A stretch of DNA of 64,000 nucleotides from Nitrospirota bacterium (lineage in GTDB: Bacteria; JACPQY01). The position numbers and the translations under genes were made by a program. The notes beneath the pieces are model-generated. The model did no database searches and was not told the origin of the DNA. It saw only the letters and a program-made list of their open reading frames with translations. Location of the stretch: positions 1 through 64,000 of the forward strand of contig JACPAV010000016.1 in NCBI GenBank assembly GCA_016180645.1, given 5' to 3'. Positions 47,900 to 59,000 of this stretch are shown here, piece after piece (positions within the stretch are counted from its first letter, which is position 1; each line of letters opens with the position of its first letter).

Positions 47900-49386
47900 A
47901 ACGACTTATCGCACTCGCAACGCTCCTGGCCTTCGGCGCTGCTCCCGCCCGCTCCCGGGCGGACACGATGAGCGTCTTCGGCGTCGGTTCGCGGGCCATC
48001 GGCCTCGGCGGGGCCTACACGGCGCTGAGCGATGACTTTTCCGGAGTCTACTACAATCCCGGCGCACTGACCCAGATCGAGAAGGCCCACGTTGGACTGA
48101 GCTACTACAGTTCCACGCCCAACCTGAAATTCAATTCGCGGGAGATCGAATACAAGCAGCGACCGGAGGGCTTTCTCCTCGGCGGGACTCAGACGTTTGT
48201 GCAACAGCAGCGATTCCGGTTGGCGTTCGGCTTCCTCGTCAATCTGCCCACCTCCGGAATCATTCTCGTCAAGATGCCGCAGCGCACAGAGGAACATTAT
48301 CCCCGCTACTTGAACATCAACCGGATCTTCGCCGGACTTGCCCTGGCCGGGAAGGTGGGAAAGTTCTTCAGCGTGGGCGTGGCCGTGCACCAGTTTGCCA
48401 AGTTCGGGGGACCGATCGCCGCGACGGTTCCCATCCAGTCCGGCACACGCGATCCCAACAGCCCGCACTACAATCGCGTAGCCGACGACAATTTTCAGAT
48501 CGATCTCAACTACTCCATCGCCCCGGCTCTCGGCATCCAACTGTATCCTTCGAAGCACTGGCGGCTCGGAATCGCCTGGCGGGATGAGATCTATCTGGGC
48601 ATCGACAGCCCCGTAAAGACGGACATCGGAATTCCGCTCACGTCGGCCTTGAAGCCACCGGAGGGCGAGGAATCGGCCATTCCATCCTCCCTTCTGAGCG
48701 GCCTCCCCTCAACGTTGGAAGTCAATCTCCCGGTGAAAGGGAAAACATTCTACGAACCTGAACAGCTCGCCGCGGGATTCGCCTTCCAAACCACCCAGGT
48801 ACTGGTAGCCGGCGACGTAACCTACTACCAATACAAGGCCTACCCGCCGACCATTCTCGTTCTTGGGCAGCCGGAATTACCACCCGGCCCGGGAATCGAT
48901 CTCCTCAAAGTCATCGATCCCTACGTGGCCGGACCCCCGATCGAGTTTCATTTCAAGAATACCTTGGTGCCCCGCGTCGGTTTCGAGTATCGGCCCGCCC
49001 CGGCGTGGGCCTTGCGAACGGGGTACTCCTTCGAGCCTTCACCGGCCCCCAAACAGTCGGGTGAGACGAACGTGCTCTGGCCGGATGAGCATGTCATGGC
49101 CATCGGTCTGGGGGTACATGTCCTCGACCTGTTCGCGCCGGACCAGAAACTGCGCCTTGATCTCCACGGACAACTCCGGGTGCTTCCCGCATGGAGGAAT
49201 AACAAGAGCCGGTCGGAACTCATCGCCAGCTCGATGGGACTCAAAGGCATGAGCGCCGCCGATTTGGAAAAGGAAGAGAACCAGGACGACATCGAAAAGG
49301 CCCTCGAGAATAATCCGGGCTACCCCTCGTTCACAGCGAAGGGGATCATCCTGGCCTCGGGTCTGACGATTTCCTTCTTCTACTAA
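47896..49386 (+). CDS. FadL/OmpP1/TodX-family outer-membrane transporter
   Basis: Signal peptide; GSRAIGLGGAYTALSDDFSGVYYNPGAL; LRTGYSFEPSP; aromatic C-terminus. Confidence 0.85.
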   Translation: MKRLIALATLLAFGAAPARSRADTMSVFGVGSRAIGLGGAYTALSDDFSGVYYNPGALTQIEKAHVGLSYYSSTPNLKFNSREIEYKQRPEGFLLGGTQTFVQQQRFRLAFGFLVNLPTSGIILVKMPQRTEEHYPRYLNINRIFAGLALAGKVGKFFSVGVAVHQFAKFGGPIAATVPIQSGTRDPNSPHYNRVADDNFQIDLNYSIAPALGIQLYPSKHWRLGIAWRDEIYLGIDSPVKTDIGIPLTSALKPPEGEESAIPSSLLSGLPSTLEVNLPVKGKTFYEPEQLAAGFAFQTTQVLVAGDVTYYQYKAYPPTILVLGQPELPPGPGIDLLKVIDPYVAGPPIEFHFKNTLVPRVGFEYRPAPAWALRTGYSFEPSPAPKQSGETNVLWPDEHVMAIGLGVHVLDLFAPDQKLRLDLHGQLRVLPAWRNNKSRSELIASSMGLKGMSAADLEKEENQDDIEKALENNPGYPSFTAKGIILASGLTISFFY

Positions 49387-49392
49387 GCCACG

Positions 49393-51033
49393 ATGCCGGA
49401 TACCCCCGATCAGGGTCTCGATTTCATCCTGGGTGAGGGGGAGACGTACTCGGCGGCCGTCAAGGCCGGTCTCAAGCAGATCAACCTCCCCCGCGATCAG
49501 GTCGACATCCAACTCGTTGCCGAGCCGCACGGAGCGGGTGAGAAGTTCGTCGTCAAGGTCGCGCCAAAATCCACCCGGACGGCCGCGCCCGAGACCGAGA
49601 AAGCCGCGACGCCTGCCGCCGCTCCGCGATCTTCGGAACCCATCGCGTTGAACGTGAGCGACGACGGTTATCAGGCCTACCTCTCGTTTTCTCCGCAGGC
49701 GGCCGCAGGCAAGCTGGGCCGCGATCAGGTCGCCGCTGCCTTGAAGGCAAGAAGCGTGACCTTCGGGATCGACCAGAAAGCCCTCCAGGACGCAATTTCA
49801 AGAATCGAGCAGGGCGTCGGATTCGAGGGCCTCCTCCTGGCCGTCGGCCAGAGGGCCAAAGCGGGGCGGGACGCCGAGATCGAATTCAAAATCGACATTT
49901 CGGCCTCCTCCGCGGGCCGAGTGAATGAGAAGACCGGAAACATCGATTTCAAGGAGAGAGATTTTCTGAAGAGCGTGCGCGGGGGGGACCTTCTCGCTAT
50001 TCGCCGGCCGCCTGTTCAGGCCGTGGACGGGCGGAAGGTCAACGGCGAGGCCGTCAAGATGGAAAAAGCGAAGGACTCGAAACTCGTTGCCGGCAAGGGC
50101 GTGGTGGTGAGTCCGAAGGATGATGGGACCGTGGAGTACCGAGCCAAGGAGGACGGAACGCCAACGCACCACGCCGATCGGATCGAGGTGACCCAGACCG
50201 CGGTCATCGAGGGGGACGTCAACTACAGCACGGGCAACATCCGCTCCAAGGGTTCGGTCCACGTTCGCGGAAGTGTCAGCGCCGGATTCGAAGTTCATGC
50301 GGAGGGCGACATCCTGGTCGAGGGAACCGTAGAGGGGGGAAAGATTCACGCAGGCGGCAACGTCGTTCTTAAGAGCGGGGTCAAGGGGGGAGACAAGGGT
50401 GAAATCATCGCCGAGGGAGACGTATCCGCCATGTACGTCGAGCGGGCCCGCGTGGAATCCCGGGGAAACGTGGAGGTCAAGAACGTTATCCTTGAGTCCA
50501 AGATCGTGGCCGGAGGGTGGGTCCGGGCGATCGGAGGGAAGGGCGAAATCATGGGCGGTTTGATCCAGGCGGTCCAAGGCATCGAGGCCAAGAAGATCGG
50601 GAGCGATTTCTCATCTTCCACGGCCATTGAGGTGGGGCGGGATTTTTTTCTTGAACGGGATCTCCAGGAAAAACAGGCCCAGATGAACTCCATCAAGGCC
50701 CAACTCGAGCGCATCCAATCCAGCATGCCCCTTCCCATCCTCCAGTCGGGCGATCTGTCCAAGGTGCCCGAGGCCAAGCGCCCCGCCATTCAGAAGATTA
50801 TCGAGGCCTGGAGGAACTTGAAGGAAACGGAACGCCCCCTCGCGGAGGCGCTCGCGGAGCTGGACAGCAAGAAAGTCGACACCTCGAAGTGCAGCGTGCT
50901 CGTTCGTGAGATGCTCTATCCCCGCGTCACCGTCACCATCGGAACGACCAAGCAGATCACCGACCGCGAAAGCCGAAACGTGCGCCTGATGGAGGATCGC
51001 GCGAAGAAAGAGATCAAGTACATGACGCGCTGA
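49393..51033 (+). CDS. FapA / DUF342 family protein, paralogue 2, with a Jag_N-like N-terminus
   Basis: EGETYSAAVKAGLKQINLPRDQVDIQLV; GNIDFKE; IEGDVNYSTGNI; GFEVHAEGDI; YPRVTVTIG. Confidence 0.88.
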   Translation: MPDTPDQGLDFILGEGETYSAAVKAGLKQINLPRDQVDIQLVAEPHGAGEKFVVKVAPKSTRTAAPETEKAATPAAAPRSSEPIALNVSDDGYQAYLSFSPQAAAGKLGRDQVAAALKARSVTFGIDQKALQDAISRIEQGVGFEGLLLAVGQRAKAGRDAEIEFKIDISASSAGRVNEKTGNIDFKERDFLKSVRGGDLLAIRRPPVQAVDGRKVNGEAVKMEKAKDSKLVAGKGVVVSPKDDGTVEYRAKEDGTPTHHADRIEVTQTAVIEGDVNYSTGNIRSKGSVHVRGSVSAGFEVHAEGDILVEGTVEGGKIHAGGNVVLKSGVKGGDKGEIIAEGDVSAMYVERARVESRGNVEVKNVILESKIVAGGWVRAIGGKGEIMGGLIQAVQGIEAKKIGSDFSSSTAIEVGRDFFLERDLQEKQAQMNSIKAQLERIQSSMPLPILQSGDLSKVPEAKRPAIQKIIEAWRNLKETERPLAEALAELDSKKVDTSKCSVLVREMLYPRVTVTIGTTKQITDRESRNVRLMEDRAKKEIKYMTR

Positions 51034-51048
51034 CGCGAGTCGGCGATC

Positions 51049-51987
51049 ATGTCCCCCCTGCCCCGCTCCCCTCTCCGCGACCGAATCAAAGCACGCGCCC
51101 AGGAACTCGGATTCGACCTCGTGGGGATCGCCCGCGCCGATGCGTTGACGCCCGAGGCCGATCGGCTTCGCGCCTGGCTCGAGGCCGGCCGTCAGGGGCA
51201 GATGACTTGGTTGGACCGAACGGCGGAGAAACGCGGCGATCCGGCACGGGTCCTCCCCCGCGCCCGTTCCATCATCAGCCTCGCCATGAACTATTCTCAT
51301 CCCGATGCCTGCACGGGGGCCTACCACATCTCAAAGTATGCCCAAGGGACGGACTATCATCGCGTGCTGGGCCCCAAGATTGACGATCTGTGCGCCTGGC
51401 TCCGCGAGCAGGAACCCCAATCCACCTCGCTCGGCTACGTCGATACCGGCCCTGTGTTGGAAAAGGCGTGGGCGCAGCGGGCAGGGCTTGGATGGATCGG
51501 CAAGCATTCGAACTTGATCAACCCCGAGATCGGCTCCTGGATTCTGTTGGGGGCGGTGCTAACCACCATCGACTTGGACCCCGATCCACCCGGGGAAGAC
51601 GCCTGTGGGCACTGCACGCTGTGCATCGACGCCTGCCCCACCGGGGCCATCGTCGAGCCGTACGTGGTCGACTCCAATCGCTGCATCTCCTATCTCACCA
51701 TCGAGCACCGGGGCGAGATCGAGGCGGGGCTCCGGGAAAAGATGGGGACTCACATCTTCGGGTGCGACATCTGCCAGGATGTATGCCCGTGGAACACTCG
51801 GGCGCCCCGTGGCCGGGAATCCGCCTTTTCGGACGCGCCGATGGAATGGAGCGACGTTGCTCTGGAGAACCTTGACGAGGCAGGTTTCTCCAAGATCTTC
51901 CGGACCAGTGCGGTTAAACGGCCGAAATGGGAGGGATTCAGGCGGAATCTGGACATTGCCCGGCGGAGCCTCAAGGCCGCAGGCTAA
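51049..51987 (+). CDS. queG: Epoxyqueuosine reductase
   Basis: ISKYAQGTDYH, VDTGPVLEKAWAQRAGLGWIGKH, CGHCTLCIDACPTGAI, RCISYLTIE, FGCDICQDVCPWN. Confidence 0.96.
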   Translation: MSPLPRSPLRDRIKARAQELGFDLVGIARADALTPEADRLRAWLEAGRQGQMTWLDRTAEKRGDPARVLPRARSIISLAMNYSHPDACTGAYHISKYAQGTDYHRVLGPKIDDLCAWLREQEPQSTSLGYVDTGPVLEKAWAQRAGLGWIGKHSNLINPEIGSWILLGAVLTTIDLDPDPPGEDACGHCTLCIDACPTGAIVEPYVVDSNRCISYLTIEHRGEIEAGLREKMGTHIFGCDICQDVCPWNTRAPRGRESAFSDAPMEWSDVALENLDEAGFSKIFRTSAVKRPKWEGFRRNLDIARRSLKAAG

Positions 51988-52053
51988 AGCCTGCGCCTAC
52001 CCTTGGCTTCCCTCGATGCTAACTGTTTTGGTAGCCGCGGGCTTCAGCCCGCG
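51978..52053. repeat. GTAG-type REP doublet between convergent genes (possible terminator)
   Basis: CGCAGGC-TAAA-GCCTGCG-cCTAC ... GTAGc-CGCGGGC-TTCA-GCCCGCG. Confidence 0.75.
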
Positions 52054-52061
52054 CCGCGCCG

Positions 52062-54236
52062 CTACTCCAGCGTGATGTCGGCCTCCCTGACCCATCCGGT
52101 CTTCCCGCTGGGGAGGCGGATCGATATCCAATCCCCGTCCCGCGCCACAAAGCGAAACCGCCGTCCCTTTTTCGCACGCGCCACGGCCTTGCCCTCCTTC
52201 GCGTCATAGACCAGGGCAAACGGCTCTTTCGCCGTGGTGACCCAGGACGGCGCCGCCGCCGGCTTCGGGAGCTGAACGGGGAGCTTGACGTTTCCACTCA
52301 GAATGATGAATTCCACCCGGCGGTTCTGCGCCCGCCCCCGCTCGGTGGTGTTGTCGGCAATGGGAAACTGAGGCCCCAGTCCCACCGCCACAAGCCGGTC
52401 CGCAGCCACGCCCTTTCCGATGAGGTACCGCATCACCGACTCCGCGCGCGCCTGAGAAAGTTTCATGTTGATTTGGAACCCGCCCACATTGTCCGTGTGC
52501 CCTTCGACCCGGACCTTGAACTCCTTTCGATCGACAAGAATCTGCGAGACATCGTCGAGCACGGGGAAAGAGATCGGCTTGATGATGTTTCTGCCCGTTT
52601 CGAAGTGAATCGTCTGGAGAATTTCGATCTTGTTCTCGGTGACTTTTGCGAGTTTCGGCTCGGGCTTGGGCTGGAGGACGAAATTGAATTCGAAGGATTC
52701 GCCCGCCTTCAGCGCCGCGGCCTGATCCGTCGAAGGGAGAAAGCCGGGGGCCTGCGCGTGGACCTTGAATTCCCCTTCCGGCAAAGAGGCGGAGTACACG
52801 CCCGTTGCGGGGTCCGTGGAGAAGGTCGACGGCACCTTTTCCTTTGCCTTCAAAAAATGGACCACGCCCTGGACGGGGTGGCCCGTCGGATCGGTCAATC
52901 GACCGGTGACCGTGGCGATGGTAAAGACTTTCTTGAGTTCGACTTGGACTTCGGTGTTCTGATTGGCCTTCACCTCGGCATCCAAGCTCACATTTTCGTA
53001 TCCGGGATGGGAAACCACGAGCGTGTACGGCCCCGGCTTGAGCTTCTCGATCTCGAACTCTCCAGAGTCACGGTTCGAGGCGATATTGGCCATGTCGCGC
53101 CCCGGAAAGGAGAGGACCGCGAAACCCACGGCCTCCTTGGAAGCGGCATCGACGACCTTTCCAAGAATGCGGCCGACGGGTGCTCTCCGAATCAGTTTCG
53201 GAATCTTGGGCGTGAAGCTGTAGCTGACGGCCACATTCAGCCGGATAGGAGGCACGATGTCCTCGAGCAGCGCCTTGGATGCGTTGGCGCTCGAGCTCGG
53301 AAATCGATCGCTCAGATAGCCGAGGTCCACCGCGACTTCGGCAGCGGCGCGTTTCGTGAAATACCCCCGGACCCCCGGTGTGATCGTCCAGGGATTCTCG
53401 CGGAAGTTCCGAATCGGGACGGCCGCGCCGGAACTGTCGATCCCGCTGCCATCCGCGTCGATCAAGCCGTAGATCTCCAAGTAGGGCACCACCCGTGGCA
53501 GGGGTGCGGCCAAAGCGGCCCCAAAGATGACGCTGTCCTCGCCCGTCACGCCCTGTGCGAATCTCCGCGATCGGTCCGGTATCGGCGACTTGGGATCGAA
53601 GATCTTCATGGAATTATCCATCCCATAACCGAGGTTCAAGTGGAATTGCACGGGGGCGTACTTGAGGAGATCCACGGTGGTAAGGAGACGGACCGACGGG
53701 CTGATCGAATCGGCCTGCATTCCGACGTCGCCGAGGGCGCTGTAGAGTTTCCCAAAGGTGCTCACTCCCAGGTGGAGGAACTCCGGCAGCCACGGTCTCG
53801 GCAGAACGTATTTCACTCCCCCTTCGATGTCCCCCACGGCCGCCGAAGGGCGATGGGTGTCGGCGCTGATGTCATCCACCACGTGGTACGCCCCGATGTA
53901 GGAAAACGAAAACTCGAATCCATCCGCGGGATCGAACGGTTTCTTCACGAAGTCGGGCGAAAAGGTGGCGGAGAACGTCCCGTCGATTCTCTCATGACCT
54001 TCCGAAGTGCTGAAGAAGGTGTTGCGACCGCAGAGACCGGGGCACCTGAAGTATCCCATGCTTCCCCGGTTGGTCAGCGTGCCATCGGGAGTTTTGGTGG
54101 CCGTCAGCACACGCAGCAGCCCCGCCTGGCCCGCGATCCCGGTCGAGTAAACCGTGTAGTCCTCCGCCGTCTTGCCGAACGCGCGCGGGGCGAGGAGGAT
54201 GAGACAAGCCACATAGACTGCTAGACGTGCCGTCAC
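52062..54236 (-). CDS. OmpA-family outer-membrane protein (beta-barrel-like N-terminus, two carboxypeptidase-regulatory-like domains, OmpA domain, SH3-like tail)
   Basis: IHFETG, VEGHTDN, LSQARAESV, GRAQNRRVEF; C-terminal DGDWISIRLPSGKTGWV; GTG start 7 nt after TATAAT gives a signal peptide. Confidence 0.88.
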   Translation of the reverse strand: MTARLAVYVACLILLAPRAFGKTAEDYTVYSTGIAGQAGLLRVLTATKTPDGTLTNRGSMGYFRCPGLCGRNTFFSTSEGHERIDGTFSATFSPDFVKKPFDPADGFEFSFSYIGAYHVVDDISADTHRPSAAVGDIEGGVKYVLPRPWLPEFLHLGVSTFGKLYSALGDVGMQADSISPSVRLLTTVDLLKYAPVQFHLNLGYGMDNSMKIFDPKSPIPDRSRRFAQGVTGEDSVIFGAALAAPLPRVVPYLEIYGLIDADGSGIDSSGAAVPIRNFRENPWTITPGVRGYFTKRAAAEVAVDLGYLSDRFPSSSANASKALLEDIVPPIRLNVAVSYSFTPKIPKLIRRAPVGRILGKVVDAASKEAVGFAVLSFPGRDMANIASNRDSGEFEIEKLKPGPYTLVVSHPGYENVSLDAEVKANQNTEVQVELKKVFTIATVTGRLTDPTGHPVQGVVHFLKAKEKVPSTFSTDPATGVYSASLPEGEFKVHAQAPGFLPSTDQAAALKAGESFEFNFVLQPKPEPKLAKVTENKIEILQTIHFETGRNIIKPISFPVLDDVSQILVDRKEFKVRVEGHTDNVGGFQINMKLSQARAESVMRYLIGKGVAADRLVAVGLGPQFPIADNTTERGRAQNRRVEFIILSGNVKLPVQLPKPAAAPSWVTTAKEPFALVYDAKEGKAVARAKKGRRFRFVARDGDWISIRLPSGKTGWVREADITLE

Positions 54237-54305
54237 CTTCAACATTATAGAGTGCTCACTGTTCCCAAACAAACGGAGCGCCCCGTTGACGCGGAGCCGG
54301 CCGCC

Positions 54306-55997
54306 CTATCCCCGCGCTGGAGAGGGTTGGGGCCTTGCCCTCAGAAGCACGAGGGCGGATTCGAGGACGAGCTGGAGAGCGAGAGCCGTCAACAGGATCG
54401 CCACGATCCCATTGACGAAACCCGCCGAAAACGAAGGGGGTTCCTGGAGAGCGGCCTGGATCTGGATCACGAGCGACGAAAGGGTAACCACCATGACAAA
54501 TAGCATGGGGAGCACGGTGAACCAGACCCGTTTCCCGCTCCGCTTCAGCCACACCGTAATGCCCAGCAGGGTGAGTGCCGCCAGGAGTTGGTTCGACGTT
54601 CCGAAAAGCGTCCAATACATCATATAGGAAGGTTTCTGTCCCGGGAGCGGCGGCGCCTGGATCGCGATGAACAGGAACGGCACCGTCAAGGTGAGAAGCG
54701 TGGCCACGGCCGAGGACACGGCCCCGCGGCTCCCGAACAACTCCTGGAGGATCAGTCGGCCGAGCCGGGTGCTCACGTCGAGTGTGTCAAAGACGAAGGT
54801 CGAAAAAGCCATCGCGCCAAACGTCATGGCGAACCGGAGACTCCCCTCCCCCGTAATGACGGTCATGAACCTTCCGATGCCCTCTCCGTAGATCTTTCCC
54901 GGGCCTGGAAGCGCTTCCCCGGCGCCGCGGATCATCACCGTGGCAAGCGCAATCACGGCCACGAATCCCTCCAAGAGCATGCCTCCGTACCCCACCGGCT
55001 TGCAGTGCGACTCGCGGGCGATCTGCTTCGACGTTGTGCCCGAGCACACGAGTCCGTGGAATCCGCTGCATGCCCCGCACGCGATCGTCACGAACAGGAA
55101 CGGAAACAAGGCATCGGTCATCTTGGCGCCCGTCCACTGCTTGAACGCCGGCTGCTGTATTTCGTGGCCGCCGAAAAACACGCCGATCACACCGACCGCC
55201 AGCGCCAGGTAGAGAATGAATCCGCCCAGGTAGCCCCGCGGCTGGAGGAGGAGCCAAACCGGAATGATGGAAGCGACGAAGCAGTACGCGAGAATCGTCA
55301 CCCCCCACGTTTTCTGGGTGAAGATCAGGAGCGTGGAAAGTTTTGTGCCCAGAAACACCACGCCCAGAGTGGCCGGTACGAAGATCAGCGTGAGGAGCCA
55401 GAGCGGCGGATTCCATTTCCGTTGAATGAGTCCCATGACGATGGAAATCACGAGGTACATCGAGGCGGCAGCCGCCACCGCTCCCCCAGGGTTGAAGGCC
55501 GTGGTGCCCTCCAGTTCCTCCGTCTGCCCGACGAACGTGGAGGCCGTCACGTCCGCAAACGCGACAATCACGTACACGAGGGCGATCCAGATGAAGACCA
55601 TGATCGCGAGCCATGCGCGTTTGCCGAGGTTCTGACGGACGATTTCCGCAATCGACTTGGCCCCATGGCGCACACTGGCCACCAGGGCTGAGAAATCGTG
55701 AACCGCGCCGATGAAGATGACTCCGACGCCGATCCAGAGGATGCACGGCAGCCATCCGAAGGTGATGCAAGCCGCGATCGGCCCGACGATGGGCCCCGCC
55801 GCCGCGATCGCACTAAAATGCTGGCCCAGGAGATAGAAGGGCTTCGTCGGAACGAAATCCACGCCGTCGTTGATCTCCTCGGCGGGTGTTTTCGAAGCAT
55901 CGCTCAGCGCGTACTGCCGCGAGATGATTCGACCGTACAGCGTGTAGCCGACGATCAGAAGCGCCAGCATCACGACGGCAAACAGCGGAAGCGACAT
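54306..55997 (-). CDS. cstA: Carbon starvation protein A (peptide/pyruvate transporter family)
   Basis: DGVDFVPT, GQHFSAIAAAGPIVGP, PVWLLLQPRGYL, FVTIACGACSGFH, WTLFGTSNQLLA. Confidence 0.95.
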   Translation of the reverse strand: MSLPLFAVVMLALLIVGYTLYGRIISRQYALSDASKTPAEEINDGVDFVPTKPFYLLGQHFSAIAAAGPIVGPIAACITFGWLPCILWIGVGVIFIGAVHDFSALVASVRHGAKSIAEIVRQNLGKRAWLAIMVFIWIALVYVIVAFADVTASTFVGQTEELEGTTAFNPGGAVAAAASMYLVISIVMGLIQRKWNPPLWLLTLIFVPATLGVVFLGTKLSTLLIFTQKTWGVTILAYCFVASIIPVWLLLQPRGYLGGFILYLALAVGVIGVFFGGHEIQQPAFKQWTGAKMTDALFPFLFVTIACGACSGFHGLVCSGTTSKQIARESHCKPVGYGGMLLEGFVAVIALATVMIRGAGEALPGPGKIYGEGIGRFMTVITGEGSLRFAMTFGAMAFSTFVFDTLDVSTRLGRLILQELFGSRGAVSSAVATLLTLTVPFLFIAIQAPPLPGQKPSYMMYWTLFGTSNQLLAALTLLGITVWLKRSGKRVWFTVLPMLFVMVVTLSSLVIQIQAALQEPPSFSAGFVNGIVAILLTALALQLVLESALVLLRARPQPSPARG

Positions 55998-56004
55998 GGC
56001 GCTG

Positions 56005-56033
56005 AGAATGTCGGCCTACTGACGGAAAGTCAA
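56005..56033 (-). promoter_or_regulatory. sigma70 promoter of cstA (leaderless)
   Basis: TTGACT-17 nt-CATTCT-7 nt-ATG(55997). Confidence 0.6.
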
Positions 56034-56034
56034 G

Positions 56035-59000
56035 CTACGGGCAGGTGGCGGGGGCGAGGGAGTACCAGCCGCCACTGTCTGTGCCGATGGTGATTCTCTG
56101 ATTCCCGCCGATGGTCATGCGGGAAGGCTGCGACGAAATCGGGTTACCGAGGTCCCAGCTCTTGCAGACCTGGCCAAGGGCTGAACCCGCGCCGATGTCC
56201 ACCGCATAGAACTTGCCGTTGTTCGACCCGAAGTAGGCGATGTTGTTGTAAAGGAGCGGCGTGGATTTGACGGCGTTGTCCGCCCCACCGGAAGACTGAG
56301 GCGCGCTGGGGTTGGTGGCGTTCAGGTTTCTTCCCCCGCCGGAGATCACCGCGCCCGTGCTGAACGTGTATCCGTACAAGATTCCGTTGTTGGCGCCGAA
56401 GTAGATATTGCCGCCGATCCGCCCGACGCTCGATTCCACTCCACTGTTCGCCCCGTCCGCGTAGTTGACGGGGAAATTGGCGGAGGAATTCAGCGTCGCC
56501 ACATCGATCGAGTACAATCTCGAATCTGTCGGCGCATCGTCGCCTGAGGCGAAGAAGAACTCCACCAGACCCGCATTGGCCACCATGGCTCCATTGACCA
56601 CGCTGTTGTTGGCGGCCCCACGGCCCCCCGGGCCGGCGTCGTGGTAGCCGCTGATCGTCGCTGTTCCGGAGTACGGGCAAGTCGAGACACCGCATCCGGT
56701 TCCTTCATCCAGCGTTCCGCCGCCGTTGCTGATGCGGAGGACGCCCTCGCTGTCGGTCCCGATCCAAATCTTGTTGTTGAGCAGTGTGGGCGTGGAGGCC
56801 GTCGTCCACGATCCCCCGATGCAATCGTAATAGCGAAGCTGGCAGCCCCCGCAGATGTTGTAGCCGAACACGGCGGGCTTCACGCCGCTGTCCGTGTTGA
56901 ACGTGCCGGCGAAGAAGAACGTCCCGCCGCTTCCGGTCGGATCGTCGGCCGCGCACGACGGCGACGTCCATCCGGAGGGTATCCCACCCGACAGGCCGGT
57001 GGTAATGGAGTTGCCGACCGCCACCGGGAACCCGGTGGCCAGAGTGAGTGTGCCTCCGCTCCAAAGGAACCTGTAGAGGTTGCCCGAATTCGTCCCGATC
57101 CAGATTTGGGCTCCGCCGAAGGCCGAGCTGTTGAAGACATATGGCGCGGTGGTGATGTCACCGCTGACCTGTTGCTCGCTCGTCTTGGTTCCGTTCGCAT
57201 CCATCGCGACGATCCAGTCGCTCCCGACGCCGCGATCATCCGCCACGATGATCCCAAGGAGATTCCCGCTGGAGTCCAGGATGGGCGCCGGGAAACCTCG
57301 TGTCTTCCCCGCCACGTCATTGGAGATCGTCTCCAGCCAGTTCACGCATGCCTTCGGGTCGCCCGACGGGCAATCGTTGATCTCCCGCTCGAAATTCTCG
57401 CCCCAACCGGCTCCCGGCACCGCAGCCTTGGCCACTTGCAGCTTGGCGATCGTGCCGGCCGCGCCGCTGTTGGTCAGCGAGATGTTGTACGGAGTTCCCG
57501 ACGCGTTCGCCGCGTCGAACGACAGCCCCATGAGGTTCTTGGTGAAATTGCCCGAACGGGTGATGCTCATATGTGCGCACGGGCAGCTTGACGCCTGCGC
57601 GTTTTGGAAGGCGACATTCTCCAGGGCCGTGATCGAGGCGGCGGAGGACACTTCGAATCCCTGCGCATCTCCGCATTCGAAGGTCAGACCCGTGACGTTC
57701 ACCGTCCCGCTCACCTGGAAATCGAAGCGATCTCCGAGGGCCGGGCAGCCGGACGTGACGCTGGTAACCTTTGCCGTGGCGGACGTTGCGCGGAAAGTCC
57801 CCGCCACGTTCGCCTTCGCCCCTCCGGCCAGTTTCAAGGTTCCATTGTTCCCCAGATTGAAGCTCCCGGCGGCCTGGACGTCGAGATCGTTGGCGGAGGA
57901 GGTATTGTTCACCGTGACGGTGGCCGCGGGCGCGAGCGCCACGGAGGAACCGGTCACGACTACAGGAAGGCTGAACGTTTCCGTGTTTAGAAGCGCAGAG
58001 CCGGTGAATTCGACGGTTCCCGCCGTCTGATTGAACGCGCCGGACCTGGACCACACGCCCCCGACCTTCAGTCGGCCGCTCGCGTGGTTGAGCGTGTAGG
58101 CGCCCCCCGTGTTGATGGTGACATTCCCCGCCGCATCGAGCGTCGTCGCCGTGAGTTGTTCGAGCAGTCCGCCGCTGTTGATCACGATGTTGTTCGCGGA
58201 GGCCGAAGCGTTCACGTCAGGATCGTAGGGACCGCCTCCGCCGCATGCCGTGGCCCCAATATCCGGAATGGTCACGTTGGTCAGCGCCTCCGGCACAGCG
58301 CCTGTGTCCCAATTACCCGCGTCGGACCAGTTGCAGGAGACGCTGCCGGTCCACTGCGCATTGGAAGACCAATTGATCGTGCCCACTGAATCTTCGTCCC
58401 AGGTCTCCCCTCCCCCCGCCCCACCATAGTTCGAGAAGGTGAGCGCCGCACCGACAACCGTGGACACGTTGTACCCGCTCCCCGTCGTCGGGCACGTTCC
58501 CGGAATCGGATATCCCTTGAATGAGCAATCGAACGTGTTGCTGTCGAACGCGTAGTTGGCCGTAGGTTTCAGCACGCGCAGGTGGCGCGGGTCGGTCCCG
58601 TTGACGAATTTGAAGTCCGCCCTGTTCATTCGCGTAAACGTGGCCAGGTTGGCGCCCAGGGTCAATCCGCTCGCGTTGGCACACCGGAAATCCAGGCCGT
58701 CCACGTCCAGCGTCCCACCCGTGCTTCCGGCCGCGAAACCGAAGGTCGCCCCGCAGGCCGAAGACGGTGGTCCGGTATCGCTGGTCGAGGTGATCCGCGG
58801 CTTCTGGGACGCGCTGACGATGGTTGTGGCAAGCGTTCCGTTGACCGTAATCGTCTTCCCATTCGCCATCCGCAGGATGGGCTTGGCGGAGGAGGTCCCA
58901 TCCATTTTGAGCGTGCCCGCCGAGTTCACCGTGACGTCGCCCGATGCCGTGAGGACAGACGTTCCCATGTTCAGAGTTCCCGATACGGTCGTGGTTCCGG

